A stretch of DNA of 64,000 nucleotides from positions 1 to 64,000 of the forward strand of contig JBBQUR010000020.1 in NCBI GenBank assembly GCA_038212275.1. The letters run 5' to 3'. A program made the position numbers and the translations under genes. Source of the stretch: Planctomycetota bacterium. Its GTDB lineage: Bacteria > Planctomycetota > B15-G4. Position 1 is the first letter of the stretch, and the number at the start of each line of letters is the position of its first letter. The notes beneath the pieces were generated by a model. It worked only from the letters and a program-made list of their open reading frames with translations, ran no database searches and was not told the DNA's origin. Shown here piece by piece: positions 7,913 to 18,585 of the stretch.

Positions 7913-10432
7913 TCAGGTTGCTCCGGCGTCGGCTGACGCGTCGCCTTCGGAGCCGAGGCCGTCGAGCAGCAGCCGTGACTCGCGCACCCAGGGATGACCG
8001 GAGCCGAGCGCGGCGAGCAGCGCTGCATGAGCCTCGCGCAGCGTCGCGCGCGCCGCCGACAGGCGACCCTGGAGCAGGTAGCAGCGGCCGAGATTGAAAC
8101 GGAAGCGCGCCGTCGTGCGATGCCCCGGCGGAAACAGCCGGCTGCGGCGCGCGACGCAATCCGTGAGCATCTCTTCGGCCTCCGCGACGCGTCCCTGGTC
8201 CAGGCGCAGGAGCGCGAAGTTGTGTGCGAAGGCCAGCGCATGCTCGTCGTTTGGCCCGAAGCGTTTGCGCTGGATGTCCAGCACCTCGCCGAGCAGCACG
8301 CCGGCCTCGCCCAGTTCGCCGCGCCGATGCAGGAGGTGGCCGAGGTTGTTCATGGCGGTCAGCGCGTGGCTGTGCTCCGGGCCCAGCACGCGGCGCTGCG
8401 CGGGAATCAGCAGGCGGTACAGCGGCTCGGCCTCGTCGGCCTGCCCGTTCTGGGAGAGGGCATTGGCCAGGTCATTGAGCGCGATGAGCGTCATCGGGTG
8501 ACTGTCGCCGTACACCGCGCGCAGTTCTGCGAAGGCGCGGCGGTTCAGCGGAATGGCCTCGGCGCTCTGGCCGGCGTCGCGAAGCAGGTTGCCGAGGTTG
8601 TTCATCGCCGCCAGCGTGTCCGGGTGGGCCTTGCCGAGAGTCGCCTCGCGGCGCTCCCAGACGTGGCGCCACAGTCGCTCGGCCTCGTCCGGCGCCGCGT
8701 GGCTGCGCTGCAGGATGATCGCGAGGATGCTCGCGCTCCGCAGCGTGTCGGGGTGGTCGGCCCCGAGGTGCCGCTCCTGCAGGTCGAGCGTGGCGCGCAT
8801 GAGAATCTCGGCTTCCTCGGGCCGACCGGCGCGGTGCAGCAGAAGGCCCCGCTCCGTCGCCGCCACGAGCGTTTCGGCGTGTTCGTCGCCGAGCAGCTCG
8901 CGATGAAGCTCGTGAGCGCGCTGCAGGTGAGCACCGGCGCGGTCGTAGATGCCGAGCTGCAGGTAGAGCTTGCCGATCGTCAGCCGCAGCGCCGCCTCGT
9001 CCGCCGCCAGCCCCGGGAGGCCGGTCTCGATGCCCGCCGCTGCGCGATCGAGCACCTCGCGCACGGTGACCTCCCGCCCCTGCGCCTCGGCCGGATCGCC
9101 GGAGACCAGCATGTCCGTGAGGAACTCGTTGATGCGCTGGGCCCGCCGCGCCTGGCGCCGCGCCTCTTCGCGCGCCTCGCTGATGTCTTCGAGGTAGTCC
9201 TGCAGCGCGAGCGCCATCTCCGAGGCGGAGGCGTAGCGGTCTTCGATGGCGCGGGCCATCGCCCGATCGCAGATGGCGACAAGCGTCGGCGGCGCGTCGG
9301 GGGCCAGTTCGAGCAGCGGCGTGGGAGCTTCGCGGCGCAGGCGCCACAGCACCTCGATGGGCATGGGCGTCGAACCTGGCTCCACGTAGGGCATGCGCCC
9401 GGTGAGCAGGTGATAGAGCAGCGCGCCCAGCGAGTAGATGTCCGAACGTTCGTCCACATGCGCGATGTCGCCGCAGGCCTGCTCGGGCGACATGTAGATG
9501 GGCGTGCCCTGGAGGGTCGGCTCGGTCTCGAAGAGCCAGTTGTCCGGCCTTTCTTCGGCCACGCCCTCCGCGGCCGACGCCGCGGGCTGGGTGAGCATGC
9601 GCGCCAGTCCCCAGTCCATGAGGTAGGTCTCGCCGTAACGCCCCACCATGATGTTCGGCGGCTTGATGTCGCGATGGATCACGCGCTTGCTGTGCGCGTA
9701 GGCGACGGCCTCGCAGACGCGCTGGATGACGCCCACCACGCGGTTGAGCGTCCAGCCGCCCGTTCCCGTGTGCAGCTGATCGAGGATGGTGCGCAGGGTG
9801 GTGCCCTTCACCAGCTTCATCGTGAAGTAGGCGCACCCGCTCTCGTCCACGCCGAGTTCGTGCACCGGCACGATGCCGGGGTGATCGAGCTGCGACGTGA
9901 CCAGGGCCTCGTCGAGGAAGCGCCGCAGGGCATCCGTCTCCCGCGCGGGGTCCTCCGGCCGGGTGACCGAGGCGCCCATGACCTTCATGGCCAGGTCTCG
10001 GCGCAGGCTGGTGTCCAGGACGCGGCGCACGACGCCCATGCCGCCCCGGCCCAGTTCTCCGCGCTGCTCGTAACGACCCGACGCGGCCGAGCCAAGCCGC
10101 AACTGTTCCAGCAGCGCCGTGAGTTCCTCCGGGCCGGCCGGTCGGCCGCCGCCCACCTGCAGCGACATCGTGGGCTGCGACAGGTCGTCGTACGGATTGG
10201 CGAGAAATTCGTCGAGGGTCAGCTGCCGGCCTGTCGCGAGCACCGTGCGCAGCAGTTGCTCCACGTCGGCAAGGCTGCGTTCGAACTGCCGCAACTCGGC
10301 TTCGTGCTCGGGGTGCTGCGAACAGAACTCGTCGAAGCTGAGCGACGATCCAGACTTCTTAAGCGCCAGATGACGTAAAAATAGAGCCTCGGCTTCAGAG
10401 CGTCCGCCTGGCTGTTCGCTGGCTGTCATCAC
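7913..10432 (-). CDS. Ser/Thr protein kinase with kinesin-light-chain-type TPR repeats, no obvious TM
   Basis: LGRGGMGVV, AMK, HRDIKPPN, DWG, GTPIYMSPEQ, DIYSLG; repeats LG.DHPDTL..MNNLG. Confidence 0.93.
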   Translation of the reverse strand: MMTASEQPGGRSEAEALFLRHLALKKSGSSLSFDEFCSQHPEHEAELRQFERSLADVEQLLRTVLATGRQLTLDEFLANPYDDLSQPTMSLQVGGGRPAGPEELTALLEQLRLGSAASGRYEQRGELGRGGMGVVRRVLDTSLRRDLAMKVMGASVTRPEDPARETDALRRFLDEALVTSQLDHPGIVPVHELGVDESGCAYFTMKLVKGTTLRTILDQLHTGTGGWTLNRVVGVIQRVCEAVAYAHSKRVIHRDIKPPNIMVGRYGETYLMDWGLARMLTQPAASAAEGVAEERPDNWLFETEPTLQGTPIYMSPEQACGDIAHVDERSDIYSLGALLYHLLTGRMPYVEPGSTPMPIEVLWRLRREAPTPLLELAPDAPPTLVAICDRAMARAIEDRYASASEMALALQDYLEDISEAREEARRQARRAQRINEFLTDMLVSGDPAEAQGREVTVREVLDRAAAGIETGLPGLAADEAALRLTIGKLYLQLGIYDRAGAHLQRAHELHRELLGDEHAETLVAATERGLLLHRAGRPEEAEILMRATLDLQERHLGADHPDTLRSASILAIILQRSHAAPDEAERLWRHVWERREATLGKAHPDTLAAMNNLGNLLRDAGQSAEAIPLNRRAFAELRAVYGDSHPMTLIALNDLANALSQNGQADEAEPLYRLLIPAQRRVLGPEHSHALTAMNNLGHLLHRRGELGEAGVLLGEVLDIQRKRFGPNDEHALAFAHNFALLRLDQGRVAEAEEMLTDCVARRSRLFPPGHRTTARFRFNLGRCYLLQGRLSAARATLREAHAALLAALGSGHPWVRESRLLLDGLGSEGDASADAGAT

Positions 10433-10580
10433 CGCCGTTCCGAGGGGGCATCGCAGGTCCCGCCGCAGCCCGCCGGCGGACCCTTCCGGCAGCGCCGAAG
10501 TCTACTCGCGCCGTGTGCCGCCACATCGCCGGGCCGGATTTTCTGTCCCAAGACGCCGGCCACACTCGCTTTGTCTGTGA

Positions 10581-12167
10581 ATGACCGACCAGACCCGGGC
10601 CTCTCCCAGACGGACCGCGCTGCGCCTTGCCGCGACTTATGTCGCGGCCGGCACGCTTTCGATCGTGGGCCTGGAGCTGGCGCGGCCCGATGGCAGGCCT
10701 TCCGCAGCAGCTCATCCCGCGCCCTCGACCTGGCTGGACCGGCTTGCGGAGCCGGCCTTCCTTGGCACGGCGCTCCTCGTCGGCGCCTCGGGACTGCTGC
10801 TGCATGCCGTCACGAAGCGGGGCCTGGCGCGAGCGCAGCTCGCCGAGTCTCTCCTGCGACAGGCGCGTGCAGAGGCCGCCGCGCGCGAGCAGGAACTGAC
10901 CCGTCAGGCCGCGGCCGAGGCCGCCGAGGCCGAACGCGCGCGACAGTCCCTGCAGCGCCTCGAGGAGCAGTTGCAACGCTCACGGAAGCTGGGGGCCATC
11001 GGACTTCTCGCCGGTGGCGTGGCGCACGACGTCAACAACCTGCTGGGCGCCGTGTCCGGCTTCGCCGAGCTGGCACGCCAGCACGTGCCGACCGGGAGCC
11101 CCGCTCATGAGGAGCTCGACGCGATTCGCGACGTGGTCGAGCGCGGCACCGGATTCACGCGGCAGCTGCTCTCGCTGAGCCGGCGCCAGACGCTCGCCCC
11201 CTCGCCGCTCGACCTGCACGCGGTGCTGGTCGATCTGGGTCGCATGCTGCCGCGCGTGCTGGGCAACCACATCGAGCTCTCCATCCGCACCGAGGCGCGC
11301 GAGTCCACGATCCTGGCCGACCTGTCGCAGATCGAGCAGCTCGTGCTCAACCTCTGCATCAATGCGCGCGATGCGATGCCGCAGGGCGGGCGCCTCGTGC
11401 TGCAGACGGAGAGCCCGCGGCCGTCGGGCGCGGACGCCGGTGCGCCAACGGACAGCGAGCGAAGCGTGACGCTCATCGTGAGCGACACCGGCTCCGGCAT
11501 GGACGCCGCGACGCGCCAGCGGATCTTCGAGCCCTTCTTCACCACCAAGCCGGAAGGGCAGGGCACCGGCCTCGGCCTCGCCACCGTGCACGCGATCGTT
11601 CAACAGAACGGCGGCAGCATCGCGTGCCGCAGCGCGCCCGGCCACGGCACCAGCTTCCTCATCGAGTTCCCGCTCTCGGACGCCGAGGTGCCGGTCCCGA
11701 AGCGCGCTCCCGCCGGGCCGCTGCCGCCCGTGCCGCACTCCGGCGCACGGCTCTCCAGCTCACCCGAGCCCACGCCATCCGAGGCACGGACGGCGACGAC
11801 GACGATCCTCATCATCGATGACGACTCGCAGTTCTGCCGCGCCGTGGCCGGCATGCTGCATGCCGCAGGACATGCCACGCTCGTCGCCGGAAATGGCGTC
11901 ACGGGACTCGCCCTGCTGCGCACCCACCACGTGGACGTCGTGCTGTGCGACATGCTCATGCCCGAAAAGGAAGGCATCGAGACCTGCACGGAGATGCGCC
12001 GCTGGCATCCCGGCCTGCCCTTCCTCGCGATGTCCGGCGCACCCGGCGGCAGCAACTACGTACGCATCGCCATGAAGCTCGGCGCAGCCGGCAGCCTCGC
12101 CAAGCCCTTCACCGCGCAGGAACTCAGCGACGCCCTGGACCACGCGCTGGCCGTCGGTCAGGGCTGA
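10581..12167 (+). CDS. Membrane-anchored hybrid histidine kinase / response regulator
   Basis: H-box GGVAHDVNNLL; N-box NLCINARDAM; DTGSGM, FEPFFTTK, GTGLGL; receiver IIDDD...CDMLMP...AKPF. Confidence 0.93.
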   Translation: MTDQTRASPRRTALRLAATYVAAGTLSIVGLELARPDGRPSAAAHPAPSTWLDRLAEPAFLGTALLVGASGLLLHAVTKRGLARAQLAESLLRQARAEAAAREQELTRQAAAEAAEAERARQSLQRLEEQLQRSRKLGAIGLLAGGVAHDVNNLLGAVSGFAELARQHVPTGSPAHEELDAIRDVVERGTGFTRQLLSLSRRQTLAPSPLDLHAVLVDLGRMLPRVLGNHIELSIRTEARESTILADLSQIEQLVLNLCINARDAMPQGGRLVLQTESPRPSGADAGAPTDSERSVTLIVSDTGSGMDAATRQRIFEPFFTTKPEGQGTGLGLATVHAIVQQNGGSIACRSAPGHGTSFLIEFPLSDAEVPVPKRAPAGPLPPVPHSGARLSSSPEPTPSEARTATTTILIIDDDSQFCRAVAGMLHAAGHATLVAGNGVTGLALLRTHHVDVVLCDMLMPEKEGIETCTEMRRWHPGLPFLAMSGAPGGSNYVRIAMKLGAAGSLAKPFTAQELSDALDHALAVGQG

Positions 12168-14029
12168 TACGACTCCAGCGTGACGCCGTTCTCGTCGGCA
12201 GCCACTGCCGAGATCGATCCGCCGCGGATGTATTTCTCCACGACCGCTGCGGGAGGCATCCGCATGTCGGCCAGCGCCTGCAGGAAGCTCACCATCTCTG
12301 CGAAGCCCGGGTCTTGCTGCAGTGCCGAGATGACAGGGGTGACGGCGCCCGCCACGGTCTGCATGCCGGTGATCGCGCTCTTGGCGGCGTCCGCGTAGCT
12401 CATCACGCCCGGCCGCATGCCGAGGCTCGCCAGCGCAGCCTTGTAGGAGTCGCTGTTCGCGAGGCTCGGCAGATCCGTGGAGGCGCGATGCCGCAGCACG
12501 TCCTGCAACATCGTGGACGACAGCGACAGCACCAGCGCATCGGGCAGCACGCAGTACTGGATGGTCACCGGCGGCAACGGCAGGCTGTAGATCTCCTGTC
12601 CCTGGAACTCGAGACGCTGACGCCCGGCGTGCAGCCCGCGGCGGCGGATCAGGTCCTCCAGGATGCCGTTGAAGGCCTTGCCGTCGTTGAGCCCGATGAC
12701 GGCCACGACGTTCATCGGCGCCGCTTCCGACCCCGGGAAGGCCTCGGAGGCCTCGACGTCGTCCGAAACCACCGTGACCTGGCCGTCGAGCAGCGTGAGC
12801 AGATCCTCGCGCACGCTGAAGCCGAGGTCCTGTTCCATCTCCGCCAGCGTGCTCGCGATTTGATCAGGCGGCAGCATGCCGCTCTCGACCGCGATGCTGA
12901 GGGCCTCGTCGAACAGTCCGGGGAAGTCCACGTGCCACGCCGTCATGCTCCGGCTGTCGGCAGCGACCGAGGCGGCATGGCCCGTGGCGACCGGGCTGAG
13001 CAGGGTGCGCAGCAGACCCGGCACCCAGCCCTTGCCAGGCATGACCACGTGCGCCTGCATGCGCATGCCGCGCGCATCGGCCGTGGAATGCAGCGCGAAC
13101 GAGCCGAGCGACAGCAATCCCAGCTTGTCGAAGAAGCCGGTCATCGTGACCCCGTCGATCGGAGAGTCGGCATCCTCGACGAGCTCGCCATCGTCGGCCC
13201 ACCGCCGCGCATTGGCGAGCGACGATGCGAGGCTGAACGTCACCACCTGCGACAGGTCCACCCACACCGACGAGCCGCCGTGCTGGCTTGCCACCGAGTT
13301 GCGGAAGGCGGGGACGTCCGCGAGCACGTCGTCGTCGTCGCCATCGAGCGCGCCCAGCACGGACTCCATCACGTCGTCCTTGGACTCCAGCGCTCCGAGG
13401 ACGCAGACCAGCGTGCTGCCGTGGAAGGCCACGCGCACCGAGAAGCTCTCGGGCTCGTCCTGGCCTTCGGTGTGGAGCAACGTGACTTCCGTGTCGCCGA
13501 CGGTTTCCGTCGTGCGCGCGACGCGCTCTTTCTCGCCCGCACGATCGATGATCTGCTCCACGATCAGCCGGGCCTCATCGACGTCGTCGCCGAAGTCCGC
13601 CAGCAGCGCCGCGCCGAGGCCGTACTCGTCATGCTCCGTATCCAGCGACGGATCCGGAAAGCTGGTGACCGCGACGGCGAACGAACCGTGCACCATGTCC
13701 ACGAGTTCGGTCGGATCGACTCCGAGCTGCTCCTTCAGCATCGCGCCCAGCGCCTTCCACTGCTGCTCCATGCCGGTGCGCATCGAGTCGCTCGCGGGGT
13801 CCTTCCAGAGCCTGCCCCACGAGGACTCCGAGGCGTCGTGCCACATGCCATCGACATCCGCGATGCCCATGAACGCGCAGGTCCGGGCCGGCAGCACGTG
13901 CTCGAAGCCCTGGTGCGAGGACGCCGCGAGCGCAGCCGCAGCACGCGCCCCGCCGACCGGAGCCTCCTGCGCAGGGACTTGCGCCGCAAGCAGCAGCACC
14001 AGCAGAGTCGGGACGATGCGGATGCTCAT
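12158..14029 (-). CDS. Exported hypothetical protein (DUF3352-like)
   Basis: Signal peptide; long ORF with coding-like codon usage; 4-bp overlap with the upstream FG-GAP gene. Confidence 0.65.
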   Translation of the reverse strand: MSIRIVPTLLVLLLAAQVPAQEAPVGGARAAAALAASSHQGFEHVLPARTCAFMGIADVDGMWHDASESSWGRLWKDPASDSMRTGMEQQWKALGAMLKEQLGVDPTELVDMVHGSFAVAVTSFPDPSLDTEHDEYGLGAALLADFGDDVDEARLIVEQIIDRAGEKERVARTTETVGDTEVTLLHTEGQDEPESFSVRVAFHGSTLVCVLGALESKDDVMESVLGALDGDDDDVLADVPAFRNSVASQHGGSSVWVDLSQVVTFSLASSLANARRWADDGELVEDADSPIDGVTMTGFFDKLGLLSLGSFALHSTADARGMRMQAHVVMPGKGWVPGLLRTLLSPVATGHAASVAADSRSMTAWHVDFPGLFDEALSIAVESGMLPPDQIASTLAEMEQDLGFSVREDLLTLLDGQVTVVSDDVEASEAFPGSEAAPMNVVAVIGLNDGKAFNGILEDLIRRRGLHAGRQRLEFQGQEIYSLPLPPVTIQYCVLPDALVLSLSSTMLQDVLRHRASTDLPSLANSDSYKAALASLGMRPGVMSYADAAKSAITGMQTVAGAVTPVISALQQDPGFAEMVSFLQALADMRMPPAAVVEKYIRGGSISAVAADENGVTLESYQP

Positions 14030-16446
14030 GGCTTGCTCTCCTGCGGATAGACGATGAGTCGGTCGTGAACGAGGATCGCGACGTCCGTGAGGCCGTCGCC
14101 GGTGAGCTCCGCGAGCACGATCTCGCGCGGCTCCTGTCCGCCGCGCCCGGACTCGAAGAGGCGTTCCTCATAGACGGGGAAGCGCAGGGCGAACGCGAGC
14201 GCGTCGGGCTGCACGGCTGCGATCACGAGCTGATGCCGCGAGGTCTCGGTCATCACGACGTCGGCCATGCCGTCGTCGTTCACGTCGCCGATGGCGAGGG
14301 CCGTGACCCTTGCGTTCTTGACCGGCACCTCGAAGTCGTGCACCGCGACCAGCGTGGAGGCCGAGCCGCCGCTCTCGATGAGTCCGTAGCGATCCGCCCC
14401 GACGAGCACGAGCCGCTCGGCGCTTCCAGGCGATGCGGTGCCCGACGATGCGCCGTCCACGAGGATCGCGCGCGGCACGTTGCCGCCGAGATCCACGCGC
14501 GCCACCACGCGGTTCTCGCCGCCTGGCTCGCGACGCAGCACGTACAGCAGCTGCTGGCTGCGATCGGCGAGGACGATCTCGCGCCGGCCGTCGCCATCAA
14601 GGTCTGCCGCGGCGACGCACGCGATCTGCGAACCGGGATCGGGCAGGTTGAATTGCTCCACGACGACCGCCTGGCCGGCGGCGTCGAGGCTCAGGGCGCG
14701 CGTGAAGTTGGGGCCCGGCACGAGCAGCTCGGACGTGCCGTCACCATCGATGTCGCCGAAGTAGAGCGACTCGCGCGACACGCCCTTGAGCAAGCCGAGA
14801 CCCGGCCGCTGCTCGACGTTCAGCTCGGTGAACACCGAGCCGGACGTCGGATCGGCGTTGGCCAGCAGGATGCGCGGGAGGTCGCCGGAGAGGAAGACGA
14901 TCGCATCGCTGTCGCCGTCGCGATCGAGGTCGGCGAGCAGCAGGTCCTGCGGGTCGGCTTTCAGTCCGGCGAGCGGCGTGCGCGACTGCACGTTCCCGTC
15001 CGCGTCCAGCCTGCACAGGGCAAAGCTGCGCTTGCTGCCCTTGCCGGCGCCGGTGATCGCCCAGAGCGCGTCGGGCCCGCCCTGCACGGCCGGAGCGACG
15101 TCCAGCGCGAGCAGTTCCGGCTTCGTCGCGTCGCCATCGGTCACCGGCGGCAGCGGCAGCGCCGTCGGAAACGACAGGTCGCCGCCCGCGCCGATCCGCG
15201 CGAGTCCGATGGCGCCCTCGTCGGGCGCCGCGACAACGAGCGCGCGGCCCGTCGGCGAACCGGAGGCGTCGGCCAGCCGCAGAAGATGTGGCGTGCGCGA
15301 ACCGAGCAGCGAGCTGTGCACGACCGCCGTGCCGTCGATCGACGCATCGACGAGCACACGCGCCGCGCTCGGCTCGGTCACGATCAGGTCGTTGCGACCG
15401 TCGCCATCCACGTCCGCCAGCACGAGGTCGCGCCCACCGCCGTCTTTCAGCGGCACGAAGGCCACGCTGCTGATGGACGACAACGGCAGCGCGCCGCTCT
15501 CCTGGCTGTCCGCCTCTCCGTAGCGGAGCAGCGTCACGCGGCCGCTCTGCTGGCGCACGACGGCGATCTCCGGCCGGCCGTCGCCGTCGGCATCGCCGAA
15601 ACCCCAGGCGCGCAAGGCCGCGAGCCGCGCGCTTTCCTCGCGCCCGAAGCTGCCGTCGCCGGACCCGAGCCGCCAGCGCAGCGGCCATTCGGATGGCAGC
15701 TTCACGTAGAGCAGATCGAGCTTGCCGTCGCCGTTGAGGTCGAGCAGCTCGAAGTCGTCGGCCGCCGGCGTGGCCGCCGGAAGTTCCTCCGCCTCGAGGA
15801 GTTCGCCGTGGCTGTCCTGGCGCACCAGCCAGGTGGAGCGCGCGCCGCACACCAGCACGTCGACCCGGCCGTCGCCATCCACGTCGCCGGCGCGCAGGGC
15901 GGTGATGTCGCCGACGTCGGGCAGGCGCACGCGCCGCGGTGGCGGCATCGCTTCCGTCGAGCGCGCATCGTGCCACGCCACCGTGAGCTGGCCGCTGCTG
16001 CCCGTGAAGAGCAGCTCCGCGCGGCCGTCGCCGTCCATGTCGGCCAGCGCGAGCGCGAACAGCTTCTCCTCGGTCGGATACGACACGCGGTGGAAGAAGG
16101 CCTCCTCGGCGAGTTCGTTGATGCGGTCGGCCTCGGTGGTGGTGCCCTCGCCGGGCGCTTCGCCCTCGCGGCGACGCAGCAGCAGCTCGATGCGCGAGCG
16201 CGCGTTGTTGATCACCGCGAGGTCCGTCGCGCCATCACCGTCGAGGTCACCCTTGATCAGGCCGCGCAGGCCGTCATTGAAGCGGCTGACCTCCAGCCCC
16301 GAGAAGCCGTAGTTGCGGCCGAGTTCCGTGGGCAGTCCCGCCGGATCGTCGTCCTGCATCGCGGCGGCGCACGGCGTGGCGAGCGGTGTTCCGAGACCGG
16401 CAGCGAGAACGATCGCGGTGAACACGGCAGATGCAGGACGCGACAT
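14026..16446 (-). CDS. Exported FG-GAP/VCBS repeat protein (lacks the shared CTD)
   Basis: Many D-x-D-G-D-G-x-x-D/E-L Ca-binding repeats; signal-peptide-like N-terminus. Confidence 0.85.
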   Translation of the reverse strand: MSRPASAVFTAIVLAAGLGTPLATPCAAAMQDDDPAGLPTELGRNYGFSGLEVSRFNDGLRGLIKGDLDGDGATDLAVINNARSRIELLLRRREGEAPGEGTTTEADRINELAEEAFFHRVSYPTEEKLFALALADMDGDGRAELLFTGSSGQLTVAWHDARSTEAMPPPRRVRLPDVGDITALRAGDVDGDGRVDVLVCGARSTWLVRQDSHGELLEAEELPAATPAADDFELLDLNGDGKLDLLYVKLPSEWPLRWRLGSGDGSFGREESARLAALRAWGFGDADGDGRPEIAVVRQQSGRVTLLRYGEADSQESGALPLSSISSVAFVPLKDGGGRDLVLADVDGDGRNDLIVTEPSAARVLVDASIDGTAVVHSSLLGSRTPHLLRLADASGSPTGRALVVAAPDEGAIGLARIGAGGDLSFPTALPLPPVTDGDATKPELLALDVAPAVQGGPDALWAITGAGKGSKRSFALCRLDADGNVQSRTPLAGLKADPQDLLLADLDRDGDSDAIVFLSGDLPRILLANADPTSGSVFTELNVEQRPGLGLLKGVSRESLYFGDIDGDGTSELLVPGPNFTRALSLDAAGQAVVVEQFNLPDPGSQIACVAAADLDGDGRREIVLADRSQQLLYVLRREPGGENRVVARVDLGGNVPRAILVDGASSGTASPGSAERLVLVGADRYGLIESGGSASTLVAVHDFEVPVKNARVTALAIGDVNDDGMADVVMTETSRHQLVIAAVQPDALAFALRFPVYEERLFESGRGGQEPREIVLAELTGDGLTDVAILVHDRLIVYPQESKP

Positions 16447-16659
16447 GCGGCAGGCCCCCGGAAGCTGAGATCCGTGGGCGCCCGCAGCACCCGAGCACGC
16501 GGGCGGCTTGGGTCGGGCGACACGATCGGCGCGCAGGTTAGCCGACGATGCGCCGGCCGGGAAAGGGGGACGGCGCGACGCGGACGGCAGCGCCGCACAT
16601 GAGCCACGAGTATGATCCGCCCCGAGCGCGGCAAGCTCGCGCAGCCCGGGGACTCTCAC

Positions 16660-17724
16660 ATGCTCACGCGTCCGACCCGCTCACTGCTCACGACCTGCGC
16701 GTCGCTGCTCGCCGCGGCCACCCTGCTGGCGCCGGCCTCCGCCGCGCAGGTCGCAACACCCGGCGAAGCCGCGGCGCCCGACGCCCCCGTGGCGCCCGGG
16801 TTGCGGCCGCTGCCCTCGGCCGACCTCCCCGGCAGCGTGCTCTCCTCCGGCGCCACCAGCGAGGAGGACGTGCGCCTCTCCGACGGCGCGTCCATCCGCG
16901 GCCGCATCATCAAGGAGACCGAGGAGAACCTCTTCGTGGACGTGGGCTTCACCGTGCTGCAGGTGCCGCGCGCCAATGTGCTCGCGCGCACGCCCGTCAG
17001 CCTGGACGTCGCCGAGCCCGGCGCGGAAATCCGGCGCGGCCTCTACAGCCAGTCCTCGCTGCCGGAGGTCACGGTGAAGGAAGCGGTGGCCAGGTTCGGC
17101 GCGGGCGTCGTGCAGGTCAAGGTGCCTGGCGCGCTCGGCAGCGGCTTCATCGTCAGCGACGACGGCTACATCATCACCAACGCGCACGTCGTGCAGGGCG
17201 AGGCCGAGGTGTCGGTGGTCATCTACCCGAACAACGGCGACGAGTCGCAGAAGGAGACGCTCAAAAAGGTGCGCCTCGTGGCGGTCAACCAGTTCGCGGA
17301 CCTCGCGCTGCTCAAGGTCGACGACTCCGAGCTGGCCGGCCGCAAGCTCACCAAGGTCTTCCTCGGCGACAGCTCCGACGTGCGCGTGGGCGAGTCCATC
17401 TTCGCGATCGGTTCGCCGCTCGGCCTCGAGCGCACCGTGAGCGAGGGCGTCATCTCGACGACCACGCGCGCCATCGAGGGCCGCATCTACCTGCAGACCA
17501 CCGCCCCCATCAATCCGGGCAACAGCGGCGGGCCGATGTTCAACCGCAAGGGCCAGGTCATCGGCGTGAACTCGCTGAAGATCATGTACACCGACGGCCT
17601 CGGCTTCGCGATTCCCGTGGACGCGGTGCGCCAGTTCATCGAGAACCGCGAGGCCTTCGCCTACGACCGCGAGAGCCCGAACAGCGGCTACAACTACGTG
17701 ACCCCGCCGCGGCGTCAGCGCTGA
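16660..17724 (+). CDS. Trypsin-like (S1C/HtrA-type) serine protease without PDZ domain
   Basis: Catalytic triad motifs ITNAHVV, DLALLKV, INPGNSGGP; signal peptide. Confidence 0.9.
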   Translation: MLTRPTRSLLTTCASLLAAATLLAPASAAQVATPGEAAAPDAPVAPGLRPLPSADLPGSVLSSGATSEEDVRLSDGASIRGRIIKETEENLFVDVGFTVLQVPRANVLARTPVSLDVAEPGAEIRRGLYSQSSLPEVTVKEAVARFGAGVVQVKVPGALGSGFIVSDDGYIITNAHVVQGEAEVSVVIYPNNGDESQKETLKKVRLVAVNQFADLALLKVDDSELAGRKLTKVFLGDSSDVRVGESIFAIGSPLGLERTVSEGVISTTTRAIEGRIYLQTTAPINPGNSGGPMFNRKGQVIGVNSLKIMYTDGLGFAIPVDAVRQFIENREAFAYDRESPNSGYNYVTPPRRQR

Positions 17725-18476
17725 GCGGAGCGCGCGCGGGACAGCAGCCGCGCCGCGTCCGCGTCGAGCATCACGCGGACATCCGCGTGGCCGCGCAGCA
17801 GGCTGGCCGGCACGTCGCGGGTGACGGGGCCCTGCAGCGCGCGGGCCACGATGGCGGCCTTCCCCGCGCCGGTGACCAGCAGCCGGATGCGGCGCGCGCG
17901 GCGGATCGTGTGCAGGCCGATGCTCAGTGCGTGGCCGGGCAGGCCGCGCCCCGCATCACGGCGCGAGCCGGGCGAGAGCAGCACCAGTCGCGTGCGGCTG
18001 TCGGGCGCGCTGCCCGGCTCGTTGAAGGCGACGTGACCGTTGCGGCCGAGTCCCAGCAGCACCAGGTCGGGGCCACCGCCGGCCGTGACGGCATCTTCGC
18101 AGGCCCCGGCCGTCGCCACGACTTCCTCGCGGCTGACGCTGCCGTCGGGCAGATGCGCGGCGCCGGGCGTCAGATCCACGGCGCCGAGAAGCTGCGACTG
18201 CATGAAGGAGGCGAAGCTGCGCGCATCGTCGCGCGACATCGGCCAGTACTCGTCGAGGTTGAAGCTGCGCACACCGCGGAACGAGAGTTCACCGGCGCGA
18301 TGGCGCGCAACGAGTTCCGCATAGACGGGCTTCGGCGTGGAGCCCGTCGGCAGACCGAGCAGCAGACCCGCCCCGCGGGCCGCGTGGCAGCGGATGAGTT
18401 GCGAGATCTCGTCGGCAACGGCGCGGCACGCCGCCGCCGCCGTGGGACGGATCTCGATGCGCAGCGGCCGGTTCAT
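17715..18476 (-). CDS. nagB: Glucosamine-6-phosphate deaminase
   Basis: GLPTGSTP, FNLDEY, LLGLGRNGHVAFNEPGS, VPASLL. Confidence 0.88.
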   Translation of the reverse strand: MNRPLRIEIRPTAAAACRAVADEISQLIRCHAARGAGLLLGLPTGSTPKPVYAELVARHRAGELSFRGVRSFNLDEYWPMSRDDARSFASFMQSQLLGAVDLTPGAAHLPDGSVSREEVVATAGACEDAVTAGGGPDLVLLGLGRNGHVAFNEPGSAPDSRTRLVLLSPGSRRDAGRGLPGHALSIGLHTIRRARRIRLLVTGAGKAAIVARALQGPVTRDVPASLLRGHADVRVMLDADAARLLSRARSAQR

Positions 18477-18585
18477 GCTGCGGAACGCTAGCACGCCGGC
18501 TCGCGCGCCATGCACCCGCACGCCCCGCACTCACGAGTCGAGTGCTCACGCCTCGCGCACTGGTGCCGTCGTGCAGCGTCCACGG

